A stretch of 64,000 bases of DNA from Minisyncoccia bacterium (GCA_046293175.1 JBKBPM010000001.1:171446-235445); one strand, 5' to 3'; counted from the first letter of the stretch, positions 51,950 through 62,805 are shown. Numbers and translations: made by a program. The notes: generated by a model not told the origin, from the letters alone.

Positions 51950-53443
51950 ATGTCGAGTGAAATTATCGAAGAGCGCCGTAAGAAGCGCGAACTATTACGA
52001 GCGGCGGGCATGGATCCGTATACGGCGAAGACCTCAAAGACCCATACAGGAACGGAGGTTTTGGCACAGTTTGATGCGCTTGTAGCTGGGAATACGGCGG
52101 TCACTATCGCTGGGCGCGTCATGGCAATTCGTCTTCATGGCGGTTCGGCGTTTGTCGATGTCTTTGATGGTACAGAGAAGCTCCAGCTCTTTTTAGCCAA
52201 AGACCAACTCGGTGATGATCTTTTCAATCTCTTTGCTGACGCCATTGATGCCGGCGACTTTATCGAAGCCACTGGCGTGCCGTTTGTCACCAAGCGAGAG
52301 ACGAAGGCTGTGGGTGTTACCACTTGGCGTGTGCTCACCAAGGCGCTTGAATCTATTCCGTCTGAGCACTTCGGAATCAAAGACGAAGAAGCACGCTACC
52401 GCAAGCGTTATCTCGACATTCTCCTCAATCCTGAGCTCCACGACCTCTTTGTGAAGAAGGCGAAATTTTGGGCAGTGATTCGTCGGTTTATGGTGGATCA
52501 CGGCTTCCTCGAGGTCGAGACCCCAACGCTTGAGGTCACGACTGGTGGTGCTGAAGCAAGGCCTTTTAAGACCTGGCACAACGACTACGATATGCCAGTC
52601 TATATGCGTATCTGTATTGGTGAACTCTGGCAGAAGCGTCTCATGGCCGCCGGCTACCCTAAGACGTTTGAAATAGGTCGCGCGTACCGCAACGAGGGGA
52701 GTAGCCCAGAACACCTTCAGGAGTTCACGAACCTTGAGTTCTACTGGGCCTACGCCGACTACCGCGATGGGATGACCTTCGTCCGTGATCTTTATCGTAC
52801 GATTGCGAAGGAAGTATTTGGTCAAACTAAGTTCGAGATGCGTGGTCACACGTTTGATCTCGCTGATGAGTGGGTGGAGATAGATTACACAGAGACTATT
52901 AAGGACAAAACCGGTATCGATATTCTCACCGCGACTGAAAGCGAGATGGAGCAGAAGCTCGTGGAGCTCGGCGTAAAGTATGAAGGCCAAAATCGCGAAC
53001 GCCTGACCGATACATTGTGGAAATACTGCCGCAAGCAAATCGCGGGTCCAGCGTTCTTGGTGAATCATCCAAAGCTTGTTGCGCCACTTGCGAAGACTCG
53101 TCCAGGCACTGAGACGGTGGAGATGTTCCAGCCGATTATTGCTGGTAGTGAAGTTGGTCGTGGCTACAGTGAACTTAATGACCCAGATGATCAACGGGCA
53201 CGCTTTGAAGTCCAGAAGGCACTTCTTGAAGCCGGGGATGAAGAGGCGATGATGGCCGACTTTGAATTCGTTGAGATGCTCGAGTACGGTATGCCGCCAA
53301 CTTGTGGCTACGGCTTTGGTGACCGCCTCTTTGCCTTCTTGGCCGGTTTGCCACTGCGTGAGACCCAGATGTTCCCACTCATGAAGCCAAAGCAGGAAGC
53401 AGGGAATGTACCGCCAGAGAATTGTGAAGCGTGCGATTCATAA
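51950..53443 (+). CDS. lysS: Lysine--tRNA ligase (class II)
   Basis: RYRKRYLD, EVETP, GGAEARPF, YRNEG..EHLQEFT, LEYGMPPT; start ATG 51950. Confidence 0.97.
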   Translation: MSSEIIEERRKKRELLRAAGMDPYTAKTSKTHTGTEVLAQFDALVAGNTAVTIAGRVMAIRLHGGSAFVDVFDGTEKLQLFLAKDQLGDDLFNLFADAIDAGDFIEATGVPFVTKRETKAVGVTTWRVLTKALESIPSEHFGIKDEEARYRKRYLDILLNPELHDLFVKKAKFWAVIRRFMVDHGFLEVETPTLEVTTGGAEARPFKTWHNDYDMPVYMRICIGELWQKRLMAAGYPKTFEIGRAYRNEGSSPEHLQEFTNLEFYWAYADYRDGMTFVRDLYRTIAKEVFGQTKFEMRGHTFDLADEWVEIDYTETIKDKTGIDILTATESEMEQKLVELGVKYEGQNRERLTDTLWKYCRKQIAGPAFLVNHPKLVAPLAKTRPGTETVEMFQPIIAGSEVGRGYSELNDPDDQRARFEVQKALLEAGDEEAMMADFEFVEMLEYGMPPTCGYGFGDRLFAFLAGLPLRETQMFPLMKPKQEAGNVPPENCEACDS

Positions 53444-53462
53444 ATAGATTTCACAAAATAGG

Positions 53463-53497
53463 GAAAGCCCGGGCGTTTCCGCGCGGGCTTTTCGTTT
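53463..53497 (+). terminator. Intrinsic terminator after lysS
   Basis: gaaagcccg...cgggctttt. Confidence 0.65.
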
Positions 53498-53840
53498 GCT
53501 TGATGGGTCGCTTCAGCGACGCCAGAACATGAGGCGCTTCCATCTCGACTGCCGAGGCAGCATCGCTTCAGCCGTGAACTCGCCGTCCTTGAAGGTCAAG
53601 ACCGACCGGACGCCCGGCCAGCTCAAGTTCTGCGAGGATCATGTGGGCAACGCAGAAGCCTTCGGTCGCTGCTTGCTCAGGTGCAATGCCGTTTCTGGCG
53701 AAGACTGCCAAGGCAGCTTCGAACTTTGTCGCCGGCAAGCCGATGTTGCCAGAAATCATCACGTAGCGATCTTGCTGCGTGAGCACGAGCTGATTGGCTT
53801 GAGCCACCGGCTGTGCAGGATCGCTGGGGCGAGTTGATTC
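53496..53840 (-). pseudogene. High-GC foreign gene fragment, possibly frameshifted
   Basis: 75 G+C in 120 nt counted at 53521-53640. Minus-strand ORF ..MISGNIGLP..ELELAGRP continues in another frame as SVLTFKDGEFTAEAMLPRQSRWKRLMFWRR*. Confidence 0.4.
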
Positions 53841-53864
53841 TGTCTCGTGCTACCATATCTTGTA

Positions 53865-54713
53865 ATGTCTCTCCATCGACTGATGAGTCTCTGGTTCTAT
53901 ACGTCGCGCCCGCTCTTGTTTCCGCTGGTGCCACTGATTTTTGCGCTTGGTTATCAAGCGGGTGGGGGAAGTCTAGCTCACTGGTCAGTGGCAGAGTGGC
54001 TATTTGTGCTCGCGCTCACGTGGCCCTTTAGTATGATCATCTACGGGATCAATGATATCTATGATGCGGATATTGATGCTACGGATACAAGACGCAGTCG
54101 ACTCGAGGGCGGCAAGCACAAAGACAGTGAACAAAAGTATATCTGGTGTGGGGTGGGTGTCGCTGTTGCAGTGCTCACGATGGTGAGTGTCATTGCTCAT
54201 GGTGCCTACGGATTTATCTTTGCACTCCTCGCGGTAATCGCCAGTGTGACGTACTCCGTGCCACCGCTACGGTTCAAGAGTCGCGCCGGACTTGATGTGT
54301 TGTTCTCGGGTGTGGCGTATGTAGTGTTCATCTATGGGGTAGGGTACTGGCTTATGAAGCCGTACGCGCCACTACCAGACGCAGTGTATGTGCTCGCCAT
54401 CTTCGCTGCGTGTCTCCATGCCCTTGGTGCCATGCGTGACTACACAGTTGATAAAGCCGCGGGCGCTATCACCATTGCGGTGCAGTTTGGTCCACGTATA
54501 ACGGCCCTTCTCGTTTCTATGGCAGCACTCATTGGTATGGCTATCTGGTACAAAGAGCGCGGACTGGATATCGCAGGCATGCTTGTGTTTGTCAGTATCT
54601 TGGTGCCCGCCCTCCTTACTATCAAGCGACCGAACGAACAATTAATTCGGTATGCCATGCGTGTCATAGCGCTCGTCGTTGGACTCGTCGGCCTTTACAA
54701 AATATTTTTTTAG
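53865..54713 (+). CDS. UbiA-family prenyltransferase (CrtEb/LyeJ-like motifs)
   Basis: YGINDIYDADID, YSVPPLRFKSR, HALGAMRDYTVD..G..TIAV. Confidence 0.85.
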   Translation: MSLHRLMSLWFYTSRPLLFPLVPLIFALGYQAGGGSLAHWSVAEWLFVLALTWPFSMIIYGINDIYDADIDATDTRRSRLEGGKHKDSEQKYIWCGVGVAVAVLTMVSVIAHGAYGFIFALLAVIASVTYSVPPLRFKSRAGLDVLFSGVAYVVFIYGVGYWLMKPYAPLPDAVYVLAIFAACLHALGAMRDYTVDKAAGAITIAVQFGPRITALLVSMAALIGMAIWYKERGLDIAGMLVFVSILVPALLTIKRPNEQLIRYAMRVIALVVGLVGLYKIFF

Positions 54714-54776
54714 TGTGATGCGTGCAAAAAACTACTGTGTCTGTAGTTTTTCAGCAAGAGAGGGTATACAATAAAA

Positions 54777-57700
54777 ATGAATTTTATTTTCATGAGGAGG
54801 TTTCATTCATTTTCTAATATGCAAAGTCGTTATTCTTTGGTTGCGGTAGCAAGGACAGTGTTAGTATCGTTTCTAACACTGTCTTTTTTGTTAGTGTCGA
54901 GTATTCCTGCCGAAGTTTTTGCTGAGGAAAGTGCTGGTACAACCGAGATATCAAATGCTACCACTCCACCCGCGGACACCCCTGTTAGTGAAATCGAGAA
55001 TACGAATCCTGAAACTGTAACACCAAATGATGATACAGAGCCTCCAGTTGAAGAATCTGCAGAACAGCTTACAGAAGTTTCTGATCCCGAAGCAGTAGAT
55101 ACAGAAGAGGATCCTGAAAAAGCACCCGTAGAAGAATTAGAGCCAGAATCAATGGCAGCCATGGGTGCAGGTGGTGCTTCTGGGTCTGGTGACGCTTCAC
55201 CACTCAAGACTTCTTTAGTTGATTCAACCAGCGGCTCATTTCAAACAAATTATGGCATTGTGGTTCCGCCTGGTCGAAACGGCATGCAACCGAACCTGAG
55301 TCTGGGGTACGACGGGGGAGCAAACAGTCAAACAAGTGTATTTGGGTACGGTTGGGATATTAGTATCCCATACATTTCACGTATGAATAAAACTGGTAGT
55401 GAAAATCTCTACGCCACTTCCAGTTATTTCTACTCGTCACTTTCTGGCGAATTGGTTCCTACTGGAGTAACTAATGAATATCGTGCTCGAGTCGAATCAG
55501 GAAGTTTCCTAAAATATGTATATTCCAATAGTGTTTGGACAGTAACAGACAAGTCTGGCCGGACGTATACATTTGGCTCAGCGAGTACTACCAGGCAAGA
55601 TAACCCTAGTGATAGTAACCAGATATACCGCTGGTATATTGCCGAAGAGCGTGACACTAATAATAATGCAATCAGTTACAGTTACTATAAAAATGCAGGG
55701 CAGATTTATCCTGATACCATTTATTACACCAAAAATGGTGCAGATAATGGTATTTTTTCAGTACAGTTTGAACGTGAATCACGGACAGATGTCGTAACAT
55801 CGTACCAAGCTCGTTTTGCTGTGAAAAGTAACTATCGAATTAAAAAGATAGTTGCTTATGTTGATGGTGTGGCTGCACGAAGCTATGCGCTTGCTTATAC
55901 AAATGGTGATAACCAAAAACGTTCACTTCTTTCAACAATTACTGAATCTGGCACTGAAGGAAGTGTTACAACTACGCGGCTAGCTCAATCATTCGAATAC
56001 AAAAATACTAGCACTGAGGGTTGGACTTCAACATCAACATGGTCTACTCCCGAACCATTTTCAAGCAATAGTCTTGATACAGGGTTGCGACTAGTTGACG
56101 TAAACGGTGACAGTTACCAAGATTTAGTTCGCTTCTACGGCACTCAAGGTGGTCAAGAATTTAAATCAATTTATATTAATAACGGATTAAATGGTTGGAC
56201 TAGTACAACGACTTGGAACTGGTCAGATATGAACTTATGGTTTTCAGTGGAAGGTTCTACACAAAATTCACGTAATGATTATGGAACAAGATTCCTTGAT
56301 GTTAATGGTGATGGTTTAACCGATGCTATTACTGGATTTGATAACCTTGATGGTTGGAGTGACTACAAGGTTGTCTATATTAATAATGGAAGCGGCTGGG
56401 CAAGTTCAACCTGGGTTTTGCCAGTGTTTATTACAAAAAAATTAGGCGGTAGCTCAACTTATGACTTGGGTGTACGAACAGGAGATATTAATGGTGATAG
56501 ATTGCCAGATATAGTCGTATCTTACGTAAATGGTTCTGGTGCTACAAGTCAAGAAGTTTACTTAAATAATGGTCAAAATGGGTGGAGCCAAACAACATCA
56601 TGGGTAGTGCCTGAGCCATTTACAAATTGTGCAACTTGTACAAATCCTGGTCTAGATTTAGGAACACACCTAATTGATGTTAATGGTGATGGTCTCGATG
56701 ATGTTGTTAGAAGCTACTCAACATCCGGAACAAGCACCAATAAAGTTTATCTCAATACTGGTACAAATTGGGTACTGGACAGCAGTGTCCAGTTACCTAC
56801 TTACTTTGTTATGACAGGCGACTCTGGCCTACGTTGGGTAGAAGTAAATGGTGATGGTTTGATTGATCTTGTTAGAAACGCAACTACATCTAGAGTAACT
56901 TATTTGAATAGTGGTACAGGTTGGACAAGCCTTGGTCAGCTTCCACCAACTCAAATGCCATTTATTACAACATCAGGTGATAGTGGTGTTCGTGCCGTTG
57001 ATATTGACGGAGATGGTCAATCAGATCTAATTGGAAATACTGGCAGCACTACTTATCTTAATAGTCGAGGTTTTGGTGATTCTCTAACACAAATCACTTT
57101 TCCTCAAGGTGGTAAAATTATAGCTTCATATCAGGGTTCTGCTGAATATCGAAGCGGAAGTCAAATCTTAAACCCAAAAATTCCCTACACCTTCACAACA
57201 GTCTCACAGATACAATATGACTCCAATAATGATGCTATATGGACTGAATCATATCTATACGAAGATGGATTCTATCACTATGCGAGTACGAGTTTTCGTG
57301 ACCGTACTTTTTCAGGTTTTGGCAAAATAACCAAAACCAGTCCTCGTGCTAAGACAGTATCGTATTACCACCAGAATAATGACACTAATAGTAGCAATGG
57401 TGAGACGACAGATTCATACGCCAAGATTGGGCTTGAGTATAAAACGTTCGTCAACGACCTTGCTGGCAATAATTATATTACAAATGTGACAAAATGGTCT
57501 GAATCAGCATTGCCCGGTGGCGCGTCATATATAAGCCAACAGTCACAGGCAACACTATCGCATGATGGCGATAGTGATCATCGGGACATGGCTGTTGAAT
57601 ATAGCTACGATACCAATAATGGTAATCTGCTACAAAAAATTGAATATGGCGAAGTTACTGGAGCTACAGATGGCACCTTTACTGATACCGGCACGGACAA

Positions 57701-60700
57701 ATATACTACCGCATTTACATACGGCGCCAGCTCAACAAATCCGTTATTTACACTAACGATTCAAGCTTCAACTACAGACCAGCAAAACGTCCTAACAAGA
57801 TTAACTAAATACTATTACGATAATAGCACTTTTGGCAGCGTGACTAAAGGTAACCTTACCAAACAAGAAGACTGGGCCACTTCAACCACATATAGTACCC
57901 GTCAATGGGAATATAATACTTTCGGCCTAGTAGGTACGACAACTGATCCACGCGGTAATGTATCAAGTGTGCGATATGACTCTCATAATTTATATCCCTC
58001 ACTCGCTAAAAATGCCCTTGGACACATAACGACCTCAACTTATGATTATTCAAACGGACAGGTCAAAACAAATATTGATGCTAATAGCGCACTGTATACT
58101 TTCAATTATGATGGCCTTGATAGACTGCTTGAAGAGTATGTGCCTGATCCAAACAATGGTAGCTCCACTGTGCTTAAAAATGCATACACCTATTTCGACA
58201 CCAGTTTGCCATATCGTGTTCACCAGTCACGATACTTAAACCAGTATTTAACAGTAGATTCTAATACATATCTCGATGGATTTGGACAAGTCATTCAAAC
58301 TCGTCAAGATATGGAACAGTTCAATAAGTATGCGGTAACTGACTTTGTGTACGATGATGGTGTGTTGATTCGTGAATCCGTCCCGTACCAAGCAAATGGA
58401 TCTGGCTATAGTCCGTCAACGAGCAATACAAACCGACTACGTACTTATAGTTATGATGCGCTGGATCGAAAAATTACCATAGCTGATATGCGTGGTACGA
58501 GCACCCTCGCATACGATCAATGGCAGACGCTTGCGACTGATCCATTGTCTCGTACAAAAAAGACAAATAATGATGCGTACGGAAACCTCGTGAGTGTAAT
58601 TGAACGCAATAGTGGTGTTGATTACACGACAACGTATACCTATGACTACGGAGGTAAACTGACCAGCCTCACAGACGCCCTTAGTAATGTACGTAAATTC
58701 ACTTACGATGGATTAGGTCGACGTCTCTATGCAGAAGATCTTCATGTGGCGACCAGTAGTTCGTTTGGTGTTTGGCGCTATCAATACGACCTGGCAGGTA
58801 ATCTCGGTACTTCTACCAACCCGCGAGGACAAATTGTAGCGTATACGTACGATGCACTTAATCGAACATTGACCGAAAATGCAGCTAGTTCAACCGGAGT
58901 TGAAACTTCTTATACCTACGACTCCTGTACTAAGGGTGTTGGTAAACTTTGTACAGTTGTAGTTGCATTTGCCACTACAACCTATGGTTACAACAACCTT
59001 GGTTCGATGGCAACTGAAACCAAACAAATTCGCGGAACAACCTACACAACCAGTTACCAGTATGACCGACAAGGTAATCAGACAATGGTGCAGTACCCTG
59101 ACAATTCCGTAGTTCGCAATACCTATAATAATGCTGGCTTACTCGATAAAGTTGAACAAAAAGAAAATGGCGGACTATTCAAGAACGTTGTTACAGCTCT
59201 AGATTACAGTCCTGCCCAGAAAGTGACCCTAGAAGCTATAGCGAACGGAGCAACTACTACCAAAACCTACGATTCAATACATCGTCTTACTAATATTTTG
59301 ACCACAACCACTGGAACCACTACACCAAGTCAATGTCCTAGTTATATTCTTGGATCCGGTCTTGATACTAACCTGATATCGTATTGGAACCATAATGAGT
59401 ATTCTTCTGGTTCAGGCGCAGTTACTAGGTTTGATAGTAAAGGAACTAATCACCTAACAGATTTCAACACAACTCTGTCGACTGTAGGTATGATTGATAC
59501 TGCGTCAGATTTGGAAGTTGCAAATACAGAACGACTTACTATTACAGATGCGGCACAGACAGGTCTTGACACTCAAAATGACATGACCTTCGCAACTTGG
59601 CTTAAGTTTGAGAGTCTGCCTGGTACAAACGGACGTATGTACGTAGTCCAAAAAGAAGATATCTTCAAATTTGCACCAGATTTCGATGTAAATGGTACTG
59701 ACTACTTGCGATTGTATCTCCGTGATGCATCAGGTTACTATCACAATTCGGTTTCGTGGGTGCCATTCGTTGATACATGGTATCATGTTGCATTTACCAG
59801 AAATCAAACAACCGGAGCCCTTAAATTCTATGTGAATGGTCAACAGCAGGGTTCAACAATAATGACGGGTAGAACAGCATCTCTGTTAAATTCTGTTGAA
59901 GATTTCAATATCGGTGCTAATCCTGGAGAATTTGATGGTGCGGTTGATGAGACAGCAATTTGGTCACGCGTACTGACTGATACTGAAATCGCCTGTCTCT
60001 ATAATAATGGTGGTGGCATTTCATACAGCTTGGGTGGAATAGGTGGTGGCGGTGAAGCAATGAGACTTCTTGCCATGTCTGAGTCTGAACAAATACTGAA
60101 ATCCGCCGACTATTCGGGATCTGATACACAAGAAATAACTGTCAAAACCGATATAACTGCTTCTTCGACAATTGCAGCCTATGATGTATATAAACAGCAA
60201 CTTAACTCAGCTGATGCAAGTGAAAAGGCAACTCTAAAAGGCCAGATGATTGCTGAAAAAGTAATATCAGGCAGACGAGTTGACCGAAAAGAGTTTAAGA
60301 TAGATTTGTTTGGTGTTGAGCCAATAGATGGAGGACTACAGGTGTACCTTCGCGCCTTTGATGCCCAAGGCAATCAACTTGGCTTTGGTAAAGATGGCAC
60401 GATTGATATTGAACGCTTCAAGATATACAATCCGCCAATTAGCGTGCCTGATGGTACTTACCGAGATGAAGAAATTGAAAAACTTAGTGGAGGTACCCAA
60501 ATTATTAAGTCCCCTAACTTTAAAGATGATCCTGAGGAAGCTTTATATCAGGTATTAGAACAAACAATCAAACTTACTGGTAAGAGTGGTACAAAAATCG
60601 TCCCTAAAAAAATCGGTCGAACCACTAGTGTGTTCTATCCAGATGCGAACCCAGAGAGTTCTTCAGTTGACGGATGGACTCAGTATGAAAGTACACAAAT

Positions 60701-62804
60701 TTCGTGGTCAGCTATTCGCACGGCAAATGGAACTGGATCTGGAGATACTGATGCAACACGATACGTATTGGCAGCTGCCGCTGGTACAGCGACTAGTACA
60801 TTTAATAACCTTCGTCGTGGAATCTTCGTCTTTAACACTGCACCGATTGCAGACACCGATTACATTAGTGGAGCGACACTCTCATTTGTTGCTACAGCAA
60901 AAGGTGATCATGATGCAATAAATGAACGCTTTGCGAACCTGACGAGTGCGTCAACTGCATCAAATGTCGCGATTGCTGCTTCTGATTATCAGTCTCAGTC
61001 GGTACATACCACAAAACTTTCTACGGATAAAAGCATCAAATACGATATAGTTGCTGATAGTAGCACCTATACTGACTGGACACTAAATAGCGATGGTTTG
61101 GCTAACATCAGTACCAGTTCGGTTTCTAAGTTTGGTCTAAGATTTGTTGAAGATATTAGCAGTACTACCATGCCATGGAACTCTGGTTACAATTACGGCA
61201 TATCGATCAGACTGGCAGATACAGCCAATACTTCACTTGATCCAAAACTAGTAGTTGAACACAGTGCTACTTCATCACCAGTAGCAACAACCACCACCAT
61301 TCAAAACATCGCCTACACCTACGATGCGGTGGATAATATTACGCAGATTACTGACACATCAACAACTTTAGCAGCGAAGACTGTACAATTTACTTATGAT
61401 GACCTTAACCGCCTCACGAGAGCCTCAACTACAGTTGCTTCTTCTACACCATTCCTAGAGCAGTACACATACAATGCGATTGGTAATCTACTGACCAAAA
61501 CTGGACAGGGGACATACAGCTACGCTGGTACTGGCTTCGCGAACCCACACGCCCCAACCACCATTGGTACTTCCACCCTCACCTACGACCAAAATGGCAA
61601 CCTCGCCTCATACAACGGTGTGACGTATACCAGTAACTACAAAAACCAACTCACCACCCTCACCAAAAACAGCACCACCACCAAGTACACCTACGACCAC
61701 CAGGGCCAGCGCCTCGAAAAAGCCCGGGGCACCGGTACTACCACCTACGCCTCTGGCGGGTACGAAGTAGCACCAACCGGCGTCACCAAATACATCTACG
61801 CTGGTGGGGAACTAGTAGCCACCATCGCTGGTATAGGAACTACTACTACTACTACTACCTCCTATATCCATCGGGACCACCTATCCTCTACGAATGTAAC
61901 TACGAACCAAAGTGGAGGAGTATCTACCGTCTTAGACTACTACCCGTACGGCTCCACTCGTATCGAGACTGGCACACCACCTCAGAAACAATATATTGGC
62001 CAATACGATGACTCTGAATCAGATCTGGCGTACCTTAATGCGAGGTACTACGACCCAACACGTGGCCAATTTACCTCACAAGACCCCATGCACTGGGCGA
62101 TACCTGCCAATCTCATCGTCGACCCACAATTACAGAACTCGTATGGGTATGCCAAAAATAATCCGATTATCTATAAGGATCCAAATGGTGATATTCCTGT
62201 ACTAGTTGCTCTGTTTGGGGGCGCTGCACTGGCTGGTGCGATTGGTCAAGGTATCGAAGATATTGCGTCAGGTCAACTTTCTGGTTGGCAAGATTATGCA
62301 GGTGCAGCTGCTGGTGGTATGACAGGAATGGCTGCAGCACTAACAACGAAAAATCCTTTTGCCATTGGTGGAGTAACCTCGGGTAGTGAACAATTGTATA
62401 CAAATCTTCTTACAGGTGAAGAGGCAATGAGTGATGTGTTTTCTGAATCAGGTAAAGGCATAATTTTTGGTGGATTTATTGATTTGCGTATCCCTCTACT
62501 GTCTAAAGGTGCTAATAATATTTCAGCACGTACTCAAAGCATTATCACGAAGGTATCAAATGGTACAGTGTCAAATGCTTCTTTAAAAACTGTAAGAAAT
62601 GTCAGTATTTCTCAGTCTGTAAACAGTACCGCTCAATCTACATACAACGGTGTTGAGCATCGTTTATCAAACTCACAAGTAAAAAATGCGTCAAACAATA
62701 TAGAAAAGGCAACCAAAGCTTTTCAGAGCGGTAATTATACTGTAAGTCTCCGTTATTTGGAGAAAGCCAATCAGAATTTAAACAGTAACAAAAAGAAAAA
62801 ATAA
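54777..62804 (+). CDS. Secreted SpvB/FG-GAP/RHS (TcB-TcC-like) polymorphic toxin with internal LamG insert
   Basis: Signal peptide; VPPGRNGMQPNLSLGY..FGYGW (SpvB-like); repeated DVNGDG (FG-GAP); YD repeats; LamG; ARYYDPTRGQFTSQDP..YAKNNPIIYKDPNG core; ~204-aa C-terminal domain. Confidence 0.92.
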   Translation: MNFIFMRRFHSFSNMQSRYSLVAVARTVLVSFLTLSFLLVSSIPAEVFAEESAGTTEISNATTPPADTPVSEIENTNPETVTPNDDTEPPVEESAEQLTEVSDPEAVDTEEDPEKAPVEELEPESMAAMGAGGASGSGDASPLKTSLVDSTSGSFQTNYGIVVPPGRNGMQPNLSLGYDGGANSQTSVFGYGWDISIPYISRMNKTGSENLYATSSYFYSSLSGELVPTGVTNEYRARVESGSFLKYVYSNSVWTVTDKSGRTYTFGSASTTRQDNPSDSNQIYRWYIAEERDTNNNAISYSYYKNAGQIYPDTIYYTKNGADNGIFSVQFERESRTDVVTSYQARFAVKSNYRIKKIVAYVDGVAARSYALAYTNGDNQKRSLLSTITESGTEGSVTTTRLAQSFEYKNTSTEGWTSTSTWSTPEPFSSNSLDTGLRLVDVNGDSYQDLVRFYGTQGGQEFKSIYINNGLNGWTSTTTWNWSDMNLWFSVEGSTQNSRNDYGTRFLDVNGDGLTDAITGFDNLDGWSDYKVVYINNGSGWASSTWVLPVFITKKLGGSSTYDLGVRTGDINGDRLPDIVVSYVNGSGATSQEVYLNNGQNGWSQTTSWVVPEPFTNCATCTNPGLDLGTHLIDVNGDGLDDVVRSYSTSGTSTNKVYLNTGTNWVLDSSVQLPTYFVMTGDSGLRWVEVNGDGLIDLVRNATTSRVTYLNSGTGWTSLGQLPPTQMPFITTSGDSGVRAVDIDGDGQSDLIGNTGSTTYLNSRGFGDSLTQITFPQGGKIIASYQGSAEYRSGSQILNPKIPYTFTTVSQIQYDSNNDAIWTESYLYEDGFYHYASTSFRDRTFSGFGKITKTSPRAKTVSYYHQNNDTNSSNGETTDSYAKIGLEYKTFVNDLAGNNYITNVTKWSESALPGGASYISQQSQATLSHDGDSDHRDMAVEYSYDTNNGNLLQKIEYGEVTGATDGTFTDTGTDKYTTAFTYGASSTNPLFTLTIQASTTDQQNVLTRLTKYYYDNSTFGSVTKGNLTKQEDWATSTTYSTRQWEYNTFGLVGTTTDPRGNVSSVRYDSHNLYPSLAKNALGHITTSTYDYSNGQVKTNIDANSALYTFNYDGLDRLLEEYVPDPNNGSSTVLKNAYTYFDTSLPYRVHQSRYLNQYLTVDSNTYLDGFGQVIQTRQDMEQFNKYAVTDFVYDDGVLIRESVPYQANGSGYSPSTSNTNRLRTYSYDALDRKITIADMRGTSTLAYDQWQTLATDPLSRTKKTNNDAYGNLVSVIERNSGVDYTTTYTYDYGGKLTSLTDALSNVRKFTYDGLGRRLYAEDLHVATSSSFGVWRYQYDLAGNLGTSTNPRGQIVAYTYDALNRTLTENAASSTGVETSYTYDSCTKGVGKLCTVVVAFATTTYGYNNLGSMATETKQIRGTTYTTSYQYDRQGNQTMVQYPDNSVVRNTYNNAGLLDKVEQKENGGLFKNVVTALDYSPAQKVTLEAIANGATTTKTYDSIHRLTNILTTTTGTTTPSQCPSYILGSGLDTNLISYWNHNEYSSGSGAVTRFDSKGTNHLTDFNTTLSTVGMIDTASDLEVANTERLTITDAAQTGLDTQNDMTFATWLKFESLPGTNGRMYVVQKEDIFKFAPDFDVNGTDYLRLYLRDASGYYHNSVSWVPFVDTWYHVAFTRNQTTGALKFYVNGQQQGSTIMTGRTASLLNSVEDFNIGANPGEFDGAVDETAIWSRVLTDTEIACLYNNGGGISYSLGGIGGGGEAMRLLAMSESEQILKSADYSGSDTQEITVKTDITASSTIAAYDVYKQQLNSADASEKATLKGQMIAEKVISGRRVDRKEFKIDLFGVEPIDGGLQVYLRAFDAQGNQLGFGKDGTIDIERFKIYNPPISVPDGTYRDEEIEKLSGGTQIIKSPNFKDDPEEALYQVLEQTIKLTGKSGTKIVPKKIGRTTSVFYPDANPESSSVDGWTQYESTQISWSAIRTANGTGSGDTDATRYVLAAAAGTATSTFNNLRRGIFVFNTAPIADTDYISGATLSFVATAKGDHDAINERFANLTSASTASNVAIAASDYQSQSVHTTKLSTDKSIKYDIVADSSTYTDWTLNSDGLANISTSSVSKFGLRFVEDISSTTMPWNSGYNYGISIRLADTANTSLDPKLVVEHSATSSPVATTTTIQNIAYTYDAVDNITQITDTSTTLAAKTVQFTYDDLNRLTRASTTVASSTPFLEQYTYNAIGNLLTKTGQGTYSYAGTGFANPHAPTTIGTSTLTYDQNGNLASYNGVTYTSNYKNQLTTLTKNSTTTKYTYDHQGQRLEKARGTGTTTYASGGYEVAPTGVTKYIYAGGELVATIAGIGTTTTTTTSYIHRDHLSSTNVTTNQSGGVSTVLDYYPYGSTRIETGTPPQKQYIGQYDDSESDLAYLNARYYDPTRGQFTSQDPMHWAIPANLIVDPQLQNSYGYAKNNPIIYKDPNGDIPVLVALFGGAALAGAIGQGIEDIASGQLSGWQDYAGAAAGGMTGMAAALTTKNPFAIGGVTSGSEQLYTNLLTGEEAMSDVFSESGKGIIFGGFIDLRIPLLSKGANNISARTQSIITKVSNGTVSNASLKTVRNVSISQSVNSTAQSTYNGVEHRLSNSQVKNASNNIEKATKAFQSGNYTVSLRYLEKANQNLNSNKKKK
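61653..61966 (+). repeat. RHS core segment duplicated at 63360-63664
   Basis: Direct repeat; the 3' half is nearly identical apart from an (ACT)6 versus (ACT)3 indel. Confidence 0.9.
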
Positions 62805-62805
62805 T

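Noticed and set aside
47410-53194. Long antisense ORFs (47410-48204, 52193-53194; likewise 12417-13019, 40410-41027, 118-564)
   Set aside because: They are shadows of well-supported genes on the opposite strand and carry no motifs of their own.
59310-61290. Intein or prophage inserted in the RHS gene
   Set aside because: There are no intein terminal motifs (C/S...HN) or endonuclease domain. The insert is in frame, bounded by Thr-rich linkers, and contains adhesin-type domains.
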